This document shows, piece by piece, positions 11,775-23,186 of a DNA stretch of 64,000 bases. The notes beneath the pieces are model-generated. The model was given only the letters and a program-made list of their open reading frames with translations, searched no databases and was not told the DNA's origin. Each line of letters starts with the position of its first letter. Positions within the stretch are counted from its first letter, which is position 1. This DNA comes from an uncultured Candidatus Saccharibacteria bacterium (lineage in GTDB: Bacteria; Patescibacteriota; Minisyncoccia; Phycocordibacterales; UBA5272), in assembly GCA_964457775.1 (NCBI GenBank), contig CAYWEW010000006.1:10805-74804 (forward strand), given 5' to 3'. Position numbers and translations under genes: made by a program.

Positions 11775-13250
11775 TTAGAGTTTTCCCAAATCAAGCGTTT
11801 GAGTTACTCCAATATCTTTTACGAATTCATGTACGTGAGATACAACAATCATTGGACCTTGATAGTTTTTTAGTGCTTCTGCAATAACAGGGATGTGTCT
11901 AAAGTTAATGTGATTAGTTGGTTCATCAAGAATAAGTAGCCCTGGTTTTAGTAGTCTTAAATATGCGAACATAAGTAAACCTTTTTGTCCTTCAGACAAT
12001 AATCCAATTTTTGAAGCTAATTGTTCAGCGCCGAGCAACATACTCGCAGCGGTTCTTCTTAATAACTGATCGTCCAATCTTGCTAGGACTTTTGCTAATT
12101 CTTGATATGATGACTTTTCAAAATCAAGCGTAGAAAAATCTTGACGATAATATCCAACTCTTATACCATCTTGTATGGTTACACCTTTTTCCGTACGCAT
12201 TGCCATTTTTTCAAGTAATGTAGTTTTACCAATTCCGTTTGGTCCAATAATGTGTAACTTATCTCCCTTACGCAACTCAACACTTACTTTTCTTTTAACC
12301 GGTTTTCCATCATGCAAAACTTCAACTGATTCAAAATTCACAATTACACTACCAATATCTTCCTGACAATCAATAGTAAAAGGTTTTATAGTTCGATCTT
12401 CTTTACGAACATCTACTTTACTGTCTTCAAGTTCCTCGACTTCATCGCGTAACTTAGCAGCCAGCTTACGCATCTTACCTCCTTTAAGTGCAAAGAAGTT
12501 AACTTTGTCTTTGTTATTTTGAATCTCTTTTTCCAGTTGAGCGTTCGCTCGTTCAGCGCGTTCAACTTGACGCTTGATATCTTCAACTACCTTAAAGTAA
12601 TTACCAACATATTGTTCTAGTTGATATGTCTGTGTATTTATATAAACAACACCATGAGTGAAAGAGTTAAGGAAGTCTGCGTCGTGAGAAATAACAATCA
12701 CTGTTTTGTCATATGACTTCATAAAGTCAGTTAGAAGTTGTATACCTGCTTTATCAAGGTTGTTTGTTGGTTCATCCAATAATAATATATCTGGTTCCTG
12801 AATTAATGCCTGAGCAATAAGTAGGCGCCCTTTTTGTCCACCAGAGAGGTCTTTAATAGTTTTATCAAGTGGCACATTTAGTTCTACAGTTGCAAATACA
12901 CTTTGAGCTCTTTTATCAATATCATAAACTTTTTCCTTAAATGCAAGTTCCAAAAATTCTCTAACAGTAAGACTCCATTGTGTATGAGAAATGAATTGTT
13001 TCGCAAGAGCAACAGACAATCCTTGACCGATAATTACTCTTCCTTCTTCACAGTGGCGCTCACCCATAATTAGTGAAAATAGGGTAGACTTACCAGCACC
13101 ATTTGGTCCCATTAGAGTAAGCTTAATTCCTTTACGCACGACAAAATTAGTCTCAAACAGAATTGGTTTGTTTTCACTGTAATTAAAAGTAACGTCTTCG
13201 AAACGAAGAACGACTTCACCTCCAGAAGGGATTTGTTTTTCGACAGCCAT
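11775..13250 (-). CDS. ABC-F family ATPase
   Basis: Two ABC cassettes (GPNGAGKST/LSGGQ/LDEPTN and GPNGIGKTT/LSEGQ/LDEPTN), no TM segments. Confidence 0.95.
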   Translation of the reverse strand: MAVEKQIPSGGEVVLRFEDVTFNYSENKPILFETNFVVRKGIKLTLMGPNGAGKSTLFSLIMGERHCEEGRVIIGQGLSVALAKQFISHTQWSLTVREFLELAFKEKVYDIDKRAQSVFATVELNVPLDKTIKDLSGGQKGRLLIAQALIQEPDILLLDEPTNNLDKAGIQLLTDFMKSYDKTVIVISHDADFLNSFTHGVVYINTQTYQLEQYVGNYFKVVEDIKRQVERAERANAQLEKEIQNNKDKVNFFALKGGKMRKLAAKLRDEVEELEDSKVDVRKEDRTIKPFTIDCQEDIGSVIVNFESVEVLHDGKPVKRKVSVELRKGDKLHIIGPNGIGKTTLLEKMAMRTEKGVTIQDGIRVGYYRQDFSTLDFEKSSYQELAKVLARLDDQLLRRTAASMLLGAEQLASKIGLLSEGQKGLLMFAYLRLLKPGLLILDEPTNHINFRHIPVIAEALKNYQGPMIVVSHVHEFVKDIGVTQTLDLGKL

Positions 13251-13405
13251 TTTAGATAGTTATTAGTTGGTAGTTACTGGTTTGTAGTTTAAATACAATT
13301 CGATAACAATAATAAATGGCCTAGTGGCCAGATGGTTATAGGATAACACAAAAAGTTACTTTTGTCAGCTTTTTAAAGGAAATTGTGATATAATTATAAA
13401 ATTAT

Positions 13406-14266
13406 ATGGAACCCACTTTAAATCTAAACGACATTGTCGTTATGTATCATGCTCATTGTCCAGATGGAATGGCTTCAGCTTGGAGTGCTTGGAAAAAACT
13501 TGGTGACTCCGCAAGTTATATCCCAGTTTCTGATAGGAACGTGCCTCCAGAAGGTCTTGTTAATAAAGAGCTATATATATTAGATTTTTGCTATCCTGCA
13601 GAAGTTTTAAAAAAACTTGAAAATGCTAATAAAAAAGTTGTCGTTCTTGATCATCATGTGAGTTCAAAGGATGACGTAATGTCAATTACTGGAGGAGTTT
13701 TTGATAATACTCGTTCAGGAGCAGGGATGGCATGGGATTATTTTTTTGAGGGGATTCCACGGCCTAAACTTATAAACTATATAGAAATTGGCGATCTTAA
13801 TCCTCATAATTTACCTGAAGGAGAACATTTATCACAAAGAATAATATCAACTCCATTTAGTATGAAAGATTATGGTGATCTAATTTCTAGATATGAAATT
13901 GATCCAGATGCTCTTATAAATGAAGGCAAGGCAATTGATTTGTATGTTGCACGTCTATTTGATATGGCACTAGATGACTATGAACTTGTTTCATTTGAAG
14001 GTTACACTATGCCGGCGATTAATATTGCTCTACCTCTAACTACAAAATCTCAACTACTTATGAAGATGTATGAGTTGGTACCTCCAATTGCAATGTCGTA
14101 TCGTCATGAAAATGGACTTTGGAAAGTTTCATTACGCAGTGATGGCTCTGTTGATTGTTCAGCACTTGCATCCAAATATGGAGGGGGTGGGCATAAGGCA
14201 TCAGCTGGATTTGTTTTGAAGTCAGACAGCCCACTTCCTTTTTTAAGGTTTATTGCTAGTGATTAG
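13406..14266 (+). CDS. DHH/DHHA1 family phosphoesterase
   Basis: YHxxCPDG, LDF, LDHH, SLRS...GGGH...ASGF motifs. Confidence 0.9.
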   Translation: MEPTLNLNDIVVMYHAHCPDGMASAWSAWKKLGDSASYIPVSDRNVPPEGLVNKELYILDFCYPAEVLKKLENANKKVVVLDHHVSSKDDVMSITGGVFDNTRSGAGMAWDYFFEGIPRPKLINYIEIGDLNPHNLPEGEHLSQRIISTPFSMKDYGDLISRYEIDPDALINEGKAIDLYVARLFDMALDDYELVSFEGYTMPAINIALPLTTKSQLLMKMYELVPPIAMSYRHENGLWKVSLRSDGSVDCSALASKYGGGGHKASAGFVLKSDSPLPFLRFIASD

Positions 14267-14368
14267 TTCACGGTATAATTATTCTCCAAGTTTATCTCCT
14301 ACATATATACCAACCCACAACAACTTAACCAGTTGCCATGAAAAGTGTCATGTTTTATTTTGAACCTA

Positions 14369-15070
14369 TTATTTGGTTATTTCAATTAACGTGTCATTAG
14401 AAACTTTAAAGTATCTTGATGTCAATATTGTCGGTTTAGTTGTCATAGGGGATTCAATCGGTCTGTCGAAGTACTTAACCACAATTTCACCATTTACAAA
14501 TTCAGTTGTTTTGGGAACAACTCTATCACCAATCAATGCTCCGTTAGTTCCTTCATATTCACCATTTTCATTCAGTATAGCAACTACAAGATAATAAAAG
14601 GCCCCAACCCCTGAGTTGTCACTAGTAATAATAAATGCAGAGTCTATTCTATTATCTTCATTAATGTCTACTCTTAACTCATTTCCGAAATACCTAACTG
14701 TCGTTGTTGATAATATATTATTGATTAGATCTACTTTGGTTGCGGTCCCGTTATCAAGATTAAACATTCTTCCTTCTATGTCGTAAGAAGTATTCTTTGG
14801 ATTAGTTTTTTTTGCTATTAATGTTGTTGTCGAGACTATAGTTTCCGATGCAGTTTGAGATGTATTAACAAAAACCTTTCCAGGGATTTTACACTGTTCT
14901 GGATAAGTTGTGAGTATTTGGTATCCAGCAGAAACGCATTCATCAAAATTTGTTATTGATAAATGTTTTTTTTGAGCTTGCTTGAAATATAAGTATGCAA
15001 CAAAAAGAAATATTATGAGTGATAAATACAGAAATATTCTTACACCACGCTTCAAGGTTCTTTTTTTCAT
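14369..15070 (-). CDS. Membrane-anchored hypothetical protein
   Basis: N-terminal TM, ITNFDECVSAGY...YPEQC Cys motif, GDR-containing C-terminal domain. Confidence 0.75.
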   Translation of the reverse strand: MKKRTLKRGVRIFLYLSLIIFLFVAYLYFKQAQKKHLSITNFDECVSAGYQILTTYPEQCKIPGKVFVNTSQTASETIVSTTTLIAKKTNPKNTSYDIEGRMFNLDNGTATKVDLINNILSTTTVRYFGNELRVDINEDNRIDSAFIITSDNSGVGAFYYLVVAILNENGEYEGTNGALIGDRVVPKTTEFVNGEIVVKYFDRPIESPMTTKPTILTSRYFKVSNDTLIEITK

Positions 15071-15092
15071 AATAACTATATAATACTATATT

Positions 15093-16883
15093 TTACTGAA
15101 CACCGTTGTTTATTACAAAGGAAACAGTAAAGCAGGTTCCTTCACCAAGTTTTGAAGAAACAGATAGTGTTCCACCCATTTTTTCTACTAACTCTTTGGT
15201 AATGAATAAACCAAGACCGGTTCCTTCAATAGTAGTATTTTTTACATCACCAGCACGGAAGAATTTTTCAAATAAATGTTTTTGATCCTCTTCTGACATT
15301 CCACGACCATTATCTTTAATTGAGGTATGAACAAAATTATCTATTACTTCATGAGAAATAACAATTGTACCATTATCATTTCCATATTTAATGGCATTAG
15401 AAACAAAATTCATAATAACCTCTTTGAAGCTACCGACGTTTATATTAACCATAGGTAATTCCGGTGGTCGATTATATGTTATGGTTATGTTTCTTTTTAG
15501 TGCAAGAGGGTGAGCTTCATCTATGATTGCAGATATTTCTTTTCTAATATCTGCTGGCGAGATAGAAATCTCTAATTTACCTGCTTCAGAACGAGCCACT
15601 TTCAACAAATCATTAACAAGGTTAACAAGCCTCTCATTTGATTTTTTGACAGGGGAAAGCAAGTGTTCCATTTCTGGTGCAATTATTCCTCCATTGCCAT
15701 CAAAAATTAGTTCCATATATCCTTTAATAGCAGTTACAGGGGCACGTAACTCATGAGCGGCGACGTACACGAATTCATTTTTAAGTTCTTCTAATCTTTT
15801 TAAACCAACTGTCATACCATTAAATGATTCAGCAAGTTCCTCTAATTCATCGTTTGTTGAAATTGTTACTTGTTTATCAAAATTACCATTCTCAATTTCC
15901 TTAGCTTGTTCCTCTAAGGCTTTAATTGGTTTTACTAATCTATTGGCAAATAATAATGCCATAAATAAAACAATAATTATACTAATAATAATTGTCATAA
16001 GAACAGTGTTTCTAAAGTCTTCTATTATTTTATCTGACTCAGAAATTGGCCACTCAACCATAAGTGCCCAATTTAAATTTGGAATAATATTTACCGCACG
16101 ACCAGAGCTTACAACTGGCACAGAATCAATTATACTCACATAGCGGTCAGTGGAAGATAGGCCGTCGAATATTTTTCCGTTTAAAACATCAGTTACTCTG
16201 TTCCAACCGTAATAATCTAGTTTATTGGCTCTATTTGACACCACAGGGGTGCCTTTATTATCAAATAGTAATATATAGCCAGTTTCATAAACATTGACCT
16301 TCTCAAGCATTTTTATGAGTGGTTCAACTGAGACTTCAGCAATGACAACGTTAAATATTTCATTATTCAAAGTTAAAGGCACAGCGATTGAAACTACTTG
16401 TCCTTGCATTGTTGTGTGAACCTCAGTAATAACCGTCTCACCGGACATTGCTCTTTTGAACAACGGTAATTCAGAAAGATAGAGCAAAGAAGTGGAAGTG
16501 CTAACTCTTGAATACTTTGCTTTTTCTTTACCATCTTCTCCAATCAGGCTTGCTTCCATAATTGCGGTGTTGCTTTCAACAAATTTTCTCACATAGTCTT
16601 GCCTCCAAGTGGAACTAACATTTTCTGTTATTGTATTTTTGTCCAATGTATCTAGATTTGTTGACAGTGTGTCAATAATTTTACTAAAAAAATCAGTAGT
16701 TATGTTTGAAGCGTTGTTAAGTGCTTGATGTTCAATAACAGATATGTTTTTTTTGTGAGTATTTGAAATATTTAAAAGAGAAACTACACCAAGACCTAAA
16801 ATAGGAATACAAGAAATAACAATAAACAAAAAAATAAATGTATACCGTAGCTGACCTCTTTTCTTGTGTTCTTGTATAGGCAT
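15093..16883 (-). CDS. Sensor histidine kinase (Cache-like, HAMP, HisKA, HATPase)
   Basis: Two TMs, HAMP, AHELRAP H-box, NAIKY, DNGRG, GTGLGL. Confidence 0.95.
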   Translation of the reverse strand: MPIQEHKKRGQLRYTFIFLFIVISCIPILGLGVVSLLNISNTHKKNISVIEHQALNNASNITTDFFSKIIDTLSTNLDTLDKNTITENVSSTWRQDYVRKFVESNTAIMEASLIGEDGKEKAKYSRVSTSTSLLYLSELPLFKRAMSGETVITEVHTTMQGQVVSIAVPLTLNNEIFNVVIAEVSVEPLIKMLEKVNVYETGYILLFDNKGTPVVSNRANKLDYYGWNRVTDVLNGKIFDGLSSTDRYVSIIDSVPVVSSGRAVNIIPNLNWALMVEWPISESDKIIEDFRNTVLMTIIISIIIVLFMALLFANRLVKPIKALEEQAKEIENGNFDKQVTISTNDELEELAESFNGMTVGLKRLEELKNEFVYVAAHELRAPVTAIKGYMELIFDGNGGIIAPEMEHLLSPVKKSNERLVNLVNDLLKVARSEAGKLEISISPADIRKEISAIIDEAHPLALKRNITITYNRPPELPMVNINVGSFKEVIMNFVSNAIKYGNDNGTIVISHEVIDNFVHTSIKDNGRGMSEEDQKHLFEKFFRAGDVKNTTIEGTGLGLFITKELVEKMGGTLSVSSKLGEGTCFTVSFVINNGVQ

Positions 16884-16889
16884 GTATTT

Positions 16890-17660
16890 TTATAACCCCA
16901 TTTTTTTAAGAGTTTCGTTATTAATGTATGTTGCGGATATTGGTATATTTACTTGGCCCATAATATCTTTATTTGTTACAAGACTAACATTGGTTTGCTG
17001 ACCATCTTTATATACGTAAGATGACAATTTGTAATTATCTGGAAGGCCTAGTGTGTGATAAAACTCATGGGCTAAAAATGTAGTCCCGGTATCTTTATAC
17101 ACATCATCAGTAAGATATGGTCTAGAAATTAAAAAGAAATCATCATTTCCCGCAGCTCCTTTACCTTCGAAAATAACTAAGTATACATTTCTGGCTGATT
17201 TATCAATAACTACATCTGACTCCGGGTATAGTTCACCTGTAGGGGTTAACAACCTTCTTGTAATTTCTTCTTTAACTGGGGTAAGAGCTTCATTGTCATC
17301 GTACTCAAATAAATTTTCATACTCCTTCAATTTTTTTTCACCTACTATTATTTTCTCAACGAATTTATAACTAATTTTTGAAGTATTGTAAAATTGAACA
17401 TTATGAAAATCAACTAAACTTTTCAAATGTTCTTCCGCATTTTTCTTCCAGTTAGTATCCTCTTTGACTGTAATGTCTTTAGGAATAAAATATATTATAT
17501 TTATATTTATTTTTTCTATAGACAAATCATCATTTCCATACATATGAGGTTTTGGACTAACTAACAAGGGTTTTTTGTCCACTTTACTAACTCCCACAAA
17601 AGAAGCTAAAGATATTAGAGAGGCGATAAGAAAAGTAGAAATTAATATAATACTTCTCAT
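16890..17660 (-). CDS. Secreted zinc metalloprotease-like protein
   Basis: Signal/anchor, AHEFYHTLGLPD zincin motif followed by DIMG Met-turn. Confidence 0.75.
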   Translation of the reverse strand: MRSIILISTFLIASLISLASFVGVSKVDKKPLLVSPKPHMYGNDDLSIEKININIIYFIPKDITVKEDTNWKKNAEEHLKSLVDFHNVQFYNTSKISYKFVEKIIVGEKKLKEYENLFEYDDNEALTPVKEEITRRLLTPTGELYPESDVVIDKSARNVYLVIFEGKGAAGNDDFFLISRPYLTDDVYKDTGTTFLAHEFYHTLGLPDNYKLSSYVYKDGQQTNVSLVTNKDIMGQVNIPISATYINNETLKKMGL

Positions 17661-17663
17661 GCA

Positions 17664-20600
17664 TTATAAATTACTACTAGCAATTATTTCATTAATTTTC
17701 TTCCTTGTTGCTTCACCTACTATTCCAGTTCCAGTTTTGTAACCATTAGGAATTAGGATTTCCTCCTTGTAATAGTTTTGAAAACGAGTAACAGCATTTC
17801 TTGTTAATTTACCATAGTAACCTGTAATAGGACCGGTTACGTAAAATCCGTCCACTTTAAGAGCCTTTTGAAGGGCTGTTACATCATCTCCCTTACTTCC
17901 GAAAAGTAATTTACGAGTAATTTGACCAGTTGATACTTGTCCAGGTGGCAATGCCAAAGAATTAGATTTATTTTTAGAAGCGAACTTATCACCAAGTACA
18001 GTGGTAGCTATTTGATTTCCATTACTAGACTCATTACCAGCGGTATCAACAGCTCTTACTGTGTAATAGTAGGTTTTTCCAATAATTGAATATGTTTTAT
18101 CTATAAAAGAAGAAGAGAATACTTCCGCGGCAATAAGATCACCATAACTCCCAATTTTTTCAGAGCGATAAACTTTAGCGTGATGAAAATCATTCTGTGG
18201 ATTATTCCAAGTAATTTTTACATCCGTCGGTGTAACAGCATCTGTAACTATATTAGTAGGGGAGGAAGGGGCGGTGGTGTCAGCAGACGCAATAAGTGCA
18301 AACCTTGTTAAGTGTTGAACAAACAATGTAAAAGTTTTTTTACTTTTATCAATTGTAAATTTTGGCACAGAAACCCACGTTCCTATCTTCTCATCAAAGT
18401 AACTAGGGATAAGATTCTCAACACTTATGCCTTGAGCGCGCAACTCGTCCTCATCATAAGGAAGTGTAATTTTTGCCTCTGAGGATAGTGTGGTTACATT
18501 AACCCCTGTACTATTTTTAATGGTGATATCATACACAGTGCTTATAACTTCAGCAGACTTTTGAGAAGGTGCCTCTGTTGTAGGTTTAACTTGAACATCA
18601 ATTGATCCAGATGAGTTTGTTGAATTTGGTGGGAGTGTGATGCTTGCACCATCTGTAGCCTCCACCTTAACTGTCTCTGTTGTTGCAATTTTTGAACTAA
18701 CTGTCTGTGGAAGACTTTCAAAATTATTTTTCATGAAAAATAATGATACAGGGGATGAGTATGTATTTTTTGTAATCAGTATTTCAGTTGTTTCGTATGA
18801 TTTACTATCTTTGTCTTTATTTGCAGAAATATGCCAAGTGTCATTTGATGCAAGTAAAAGTGAAAATTCTCCATCAACAGAAGAATGTGTGGATTTTGAT
18901 CCACCATTATCTGACCATGCAGAAATATGAGCATTAGTTGTTAGACCATCATCAAACTTTGTTGCACCTCTTAGTTCAAAAACATTTAATACGTCTTTCT
19001 TTTTTAAAACAAAAGTAATTATTTTAGTCTCGTTATCATTAATCGAAACAGTTTGTTTTTCAGCTGGAACATAAGGTAAAGTATCAATGAACGCTGTATT
19101 CACAATATAGTTTCCAGCCTTAAGTAAGGCAGAAGTATTTCCAGTCGCATCAGTTGTTAAGGTATTCATTCTTATATTATCGTTACTACTTATTACAACT
19201 CCGATGTTTGGAACAGGGTTACCCAATTCGTCCTTAACAATAGTTCTTAATGTCGATACCAAGGGTCTTGCAGAAAAATTAACAACTTTATCAGTTTCAG
19301 AAACAACTACAATACTATTATCAACAACCCAAGATCCGTTACTTGTGTTCCCGTCTAATACACTTAATGTATATGTCCCCCCCGGAACAGATAATGAATA
19401 TTTTCCAAAAATGTCTGTAATTGCAGTAACTGATTTTGCATCATTGTATGCAGTAACTCTAGCTCCTACAACAAATTTACTATCAGGAAGCGATATCACA
19501 CCTGATATATTTCTTAGGGGTGCTTCTGCAATAACAATTGATGCAGTAGCTGAATCTGAACACCCCAAGTTATTAGTACACGCAGAAATACTATAAGTAT
19601 ATGTCCCAGAAGAAAGTCCTGTATCATCATATGTAGAACTTTGAGAAGTCCTATAGCCTTGCGTTGATCCTTGTGTTAAGGATTGTGCATTTGACCATAA
19701 CGGGGTTCTAGTAATTTTAAAATAATCCTCGTTGTTAGATTCATCTATCCAAGATAATTTTACATTTGATAAATTATTATAAGTTAACAATATATTTGCA
19801 ACAGCCCTAGATGGACTTTTTGGTTTTGAGATTACTGGTTCAGGTATAATTATTTGAACAAAAGGAGCAAAGTCAGAACAAATTGTAGAACTAGAAACAG
19901 AACAAGATTGAACAGAATATTTGTAAGCACCATAAGATAATGTTCCTAAACTATATGGACTAGTTTTATTATTCTCTTGAGCCCCAGTAATAATATTTTT
20001 TACATTATATGTAAAGCCAGTATTTGCTGACCAAGAAAAATTTGCACTACCGTTTGTTGATGTTGCAATAAAAAGCCCTGAAGGGGTGATAGGACGAGGA
20101 ATCGTTGGATTTATTACTGCTGTATTAATTTCCGGAATTACTATATATGTTGTAGATGACGCTGAACAATTGGTTTCACTAATACATGCCAAAACATTGT
20201 ATATGTATGTACCATGAGGAAGATTTACCCCAACAATTTTAGAATTCGAATCAGACGTAAAAGTTGATAAACTGCCTTGCCCTTGTTGTCCACCAACAAT
20301 CTTATATGCATTAGCTCCAGTTACATAATCCCAAGAAATAATAGTAACTATTCCATCTAAGCTAGAAGATGTTGCAATTTTAGTATTGTTAGGTTTATTT
20401 AGTGTCGTAGGTGTTATTGGAATAACTGGTATATTTACTTGTGGACTAAAATAAACTAACCCAGAACAAGTCACTTCATTACAAGCATCTATACTATAAG
20501 TATAATTACCAGGTGATAAATTTGTATCAGCGTAAGTCGTATTTCCAGCACTTCTAGTAGATATGAGTACAGAGGTGCCACTTGCTGGACCTGATCTGTA

Positions 20601-21476
20601 GATTCTGAATATTGTTTCATTACTAGACCTATCTACCCAGTTTAGTGTTACTGAGTTAGTGGAAGTAGAAATACCATTAGTAGTAATTGGTTTCTCGATT
20701 ATAGTTGGAACTACAGTAATTTGAGGAATAGTTACAGATTTGACTGGTGAATAGGAACATAAATCACCGTTACATACTTTGATTTTATAATTATAAATAA
20801 TACCAGGCTCAACACTATAATCAGAATATGATGACATTGTTGTGCTGTTAAGAGTCGTTGGTATTTCGTTTTCAATACCATTGCTGTATTTTATTATTTT
20901 TGTAGAATTTGTAGTACCTACAGTGTTATAATTATTCCATTGTAAAATGACGTAATTTCTTGTTACCCCACCATCTGTCGTTGATGTAGCAATTGTGGCA
21001 CTTAAGGTAGTTGGTGCAATAGGAGCAGTAGGTGTAGTTATCTGTGTTGTTTCTGTTGTAGATGTTAATACTAGTGGATATTCTATGCTTCTTACCTCTT
21101 GACTTTGATTCATTGCACCTGATCCTGAAATATTATTTGTGTTCAAAGTGTTACTAAAAGTAGAAACAACTTGATACGCTAATGATATACCAGTTGGTAA
21201 TTCTGTGACATCAATACAAGAAGATATTGAATCATTGGATAATGTTCCTGAACAGCCTGAGTCAAACTCCTTATAGTATGAGCTGTAATTACTTGTAGAC
21301 TTAATTATAACATAATCACTAAGTGACCTAGCGTCTTTTTGCCAATTAATTTTCGCACTATTTGTTGATGTTTTTTGAGCATTAACATTGCTTATTTGCG
21401 ATGCAAAAGTAATTGAAATTTGACCAAAAGAAACAATTGACGCAGCAAATAATATTACAATAGCTCCTTTTTTCAT
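17664..21476 (-). CDS. Large secreted FN3 / carboxypeptidase-regulatory-like repeat protein with C-terminal peptidoglycan-binding domain
   Basis: Signal peptide, repeated LxW...YxYxIxAC FN3-like units, YYYTVRAVDTAGNES, GDDVTALQKAL...GYYGKLT tail. Confidence 0.82.
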   Translation of the reverse strand: MKKGAIVILFAASIVSFGQISITFASQISNVNAQKTSTNSAKINWQKDARSLSDYVIIKSTSNYSSYYKEFDSGCSGTLSNDSISSCIDVTELPTGISLAYQVVSTFSNTLNTNNISGSGAMNQSQEVRSIEYPLVLTSTTETTQITTPTAPIAPTTLSATIATSTTDGGVTRNYVILQWNNYNTVGTTNSTKIIKYSNGIENEIPTTLNSTTMSSYSDYSVEPGIIYNYKIKVCNGDLCSYSPVKSVTIPQITVVPTIIEKPITTNGISTSTNSVTLNWVDRSSNETIFRIYRSGPASGTSVLISTRSAGNTTYADTNLSPGNYTYSIDACNEVTCSGLVYFSPQVNIPVIPITPTTLNKPNNTKIATSSSLDGIVTIISWDYVTGANAYKIVGGQQGQGSLSTFTSDSNSKIVGVNLPHGTYIYNVLACISETNCSASSTTYIVIPEINTAVINPTIPRPITPSGLFIATSTNGSANFSWSANTGFTYNVKNIITGAQENNKTSPYSLGTLSYGAYKYSVQSCSVSSSTICSDFAPFVQIIIPEPVISKPKSPSRAVANILLTYNNLSNVKLSWIDESNNEDYFKITRTPLWSNAQSLTQGSTQGYRTSQSSTYDDTGLSSGTYTYSISACTNNLGCSDSATASIVIAEAPLRNISGVISLPDSKFVVGARVTAYNDAKSVTAITDIFGKYSLSVPGGTYTLSVLDGNTSNGSWVVDNSIVVVSETDKVVNFSARPLVSTLRTIVKDELGNPVPNIGVVISSNDNIRMNTLTTDATGNTSALLKAGNYIVNTAFIDTLPYVPAEKQTVSINDNETKIITFVLKKKDVLNVFELRGATKFDDGLTTNAHISAWSDNGGSKSTHSSVDGEFSLLLASNDTWHISANKDKDSKSYETTEILITKNTYSSPVSLFFMKNNFESLPQTVSSKIATTETVKVEATDGASITLPPNSTNSSGSIDVQVKPTTEAPSQKSAEVISTVYDITIKNSTGVNVTTLSSEAKITLPYDEDELRAQGISVENLIPSYFDEKIGTWVSVPKFTIDKSKKTFTLFVQHLTRFALIASADTTAPSSPTNIVTDAVTPTDVKITWNNPQNDFHHAKVYRSEKIGSYGDLIAAEVFSSSFIDKTYSIIGKTYYYTVRAVDTAGNESSNGNQIATTVLGDKFASKNKSNSLALPPGQVSTGQITRKLLFGSKGDDVTALQKALKVDGFYVTGPITGYYGKLTRNAVTRFQNYYKEEILIPNGYKTGTGIVGEATRKKINEIIASSNL

Positions 21477-21635
21477 AAGTTTTATAGATGTGGTAATAAT
21501 ATGATTTATATACTGAGTATATATCAGAATACTATATAAAAATTAGACTTTATCTTTTACATGTGTATATCCTAAATATAAAAAAGACTCTGTTCGTTTA
21601 TGTTCAGAGTCCCCAATTATTCTATTCATGATGTC

Positions 21636-21881
21636 CTATTTCATTAAAACAAATACATTTTCTTCAACTCCAATTTTGGTTGCTACTCTGTATTCAGAGA
21701 TGTTTATGCCACCCTCATGTATTTCAAGCTTTAACTCAGATGTGTTGACCGAGCTGTTATAAGCTGAACTATAGCTAGGAGAATTTTGATCTTTTAACAC
21801 TGTTACTTTCGTTGAATTATTAGTTATGGTGCAAGCAGATAGGATGAGTACAGTAAAAGAGATCAAGATATATTTTTTCAT
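21636..21881 (-). CDS. Small putative lipoprotein
   Basis: MKKYILISFTVLILSAC lipobox-like N-terminus; start reassigned from 21956. Confidence 0.5.
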   Translation of the reverse strand: MKKYILISFTVLILSACTITNNSTKVTVLKDQNSPSYSSAYNSSVNTSELKLEIHEGGINISEYRVATKIGVEENVFVLMK

Positions 21882-22008
21882 GAAAATCCCCATAATTATT
21901 ACAAATAAGAACAAATAGATCTCATTAAAAATAACATGTTTATAGGCGGTAGTCAATTCTACACTCTCTGTTTTTTAATGTAGGATTTTTTGTTACAATG
22001 TAATCAAC

Positions 22009-23142
22009 ATGAAACTCAAATTAATTGTATTGTTACTGCTCGTCACTATAGTAGCTATTTTATATTTGAAATACTATAACAAAGATGAAGTCTTTAGTAA
22101 AAGTGATTTTGAAGTTCAGACTGAGCAGGTTCTGGGTGCTTCAACAACATCAAGAACCAGTCAATTAAAATCTGAAAGCAAACTTGTTGGCTCTGCTACC
22201 CCTGAGAAAAAGTATATCGATAACCTTTCTTGGGTTGCCCAAACATTTAACAATTGTTCTTCTGTTGGATTAATGATTACACTTTCACATTGGGGTATTG
22301 TGGATACACAAGAAAAGATAGCTGAAGCAACAAGGCCTTGGAATAACCTTAAAGGGGATAACGATGATAAATCTGTAACATTACATGAATTGGCAAAATA
22401 TGCAGAATCGAAACATGGAATGATTACATATGTGAGACCAAATGGTGATATTGAGACTCTTAAGAAGTTTGTGGCTAATGATATTCCAGTGTTAACAAGA
22501 GCTCTTATGTATCCAAAGGACGACATTGTTCATTATAGAGTAATACGTGGTTATGATGATGTTAAAAAAATAGTTATAAACACGGACGGAGTTGAGGGAA
22601 AGAATAAGCCGTATTCATACGATGACTGGATGTATATGTGGAAAGACTTCAATTATTCTTACCTTATAATTGTTCCAAAGGAAAAGAGGGGGCTTGCCGA
22701 GAAGCTACTGGGTGAAGATCTAGACGAAAAGAAAGCTTGGTCAAAAGCCAAAGATAGAGCTTTGAAAGATCTGTCTTTAAATAGTAGTGATTTAAAAGTT
22801 AATTATAATGTAATAACAGCAATGTATTATCTTGGTGAACATGAAAATGTTGTAAAGGAATTTGAAAAAATAGAGAATAAACTTACAAGAAGAAAACTTT
22901 GGTATCAATCTGAACCAATTGAAGCCTATTTTAAATTAGAAAACTATGATCGTGTAATTGAACTTGTTGATTATATTGCAAATGATAATAACAAATCCAT
23001 ATCTGAGCTGTATGTACTTAAAGGTAAAATTCTAGAAAAAAGAATGGATGTTAAAGGTGCAAAAGCGGAATACGAAAAAGCGATATATTATAATAAGCAC
23101 CTTCAGTCAGCCAAAGATGCATTAGAATTAATGAATATTTGA
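22009..23142 (+). CDS. Peptidase C39-like protein with C-terminal TPR region
   Basis: QTFNNC nucleophile motif, HYRVIRGYDD, helical TPR-like tail. Confidence 0.82.
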   Translation: MKLKLIVLLLLVTIVAILYLKYYNKDEVFSKSDFEVQTEQVLGASTTSRTSQLKSESKLVGSATPEKKYIDNLSWVAQTFNNCSSVGLMITLSHWGIVDTQEKIAEATRPWNNLKGDNDDKSVTLHELAKYAESKHGMITYVRPNGDIETLKKFVANDIPVLTRALMYPKDDIVHYRVIRGYDDVKKIVINTDGVEGKNKPYSYDDWMYMWKDFNYSYLIIVPKEKRGLAEKLLGEDLDEKKAWSKAKDRALKDLSLNSSDLKVNYNVITAMYYLGEHENVVKEFEKIENKLTRRKLWYQSEPIEAYFKLENYDRVIELVDYIANDNNKSISELYVLKGKILEKRMDVKGAKAEYEKAIYYNKHLQSAKDALELMNI

Positions 23143-23186
23143 TTTTAAGTATTCACAATTCTATTTACTAATTAATAAAATAAAAT

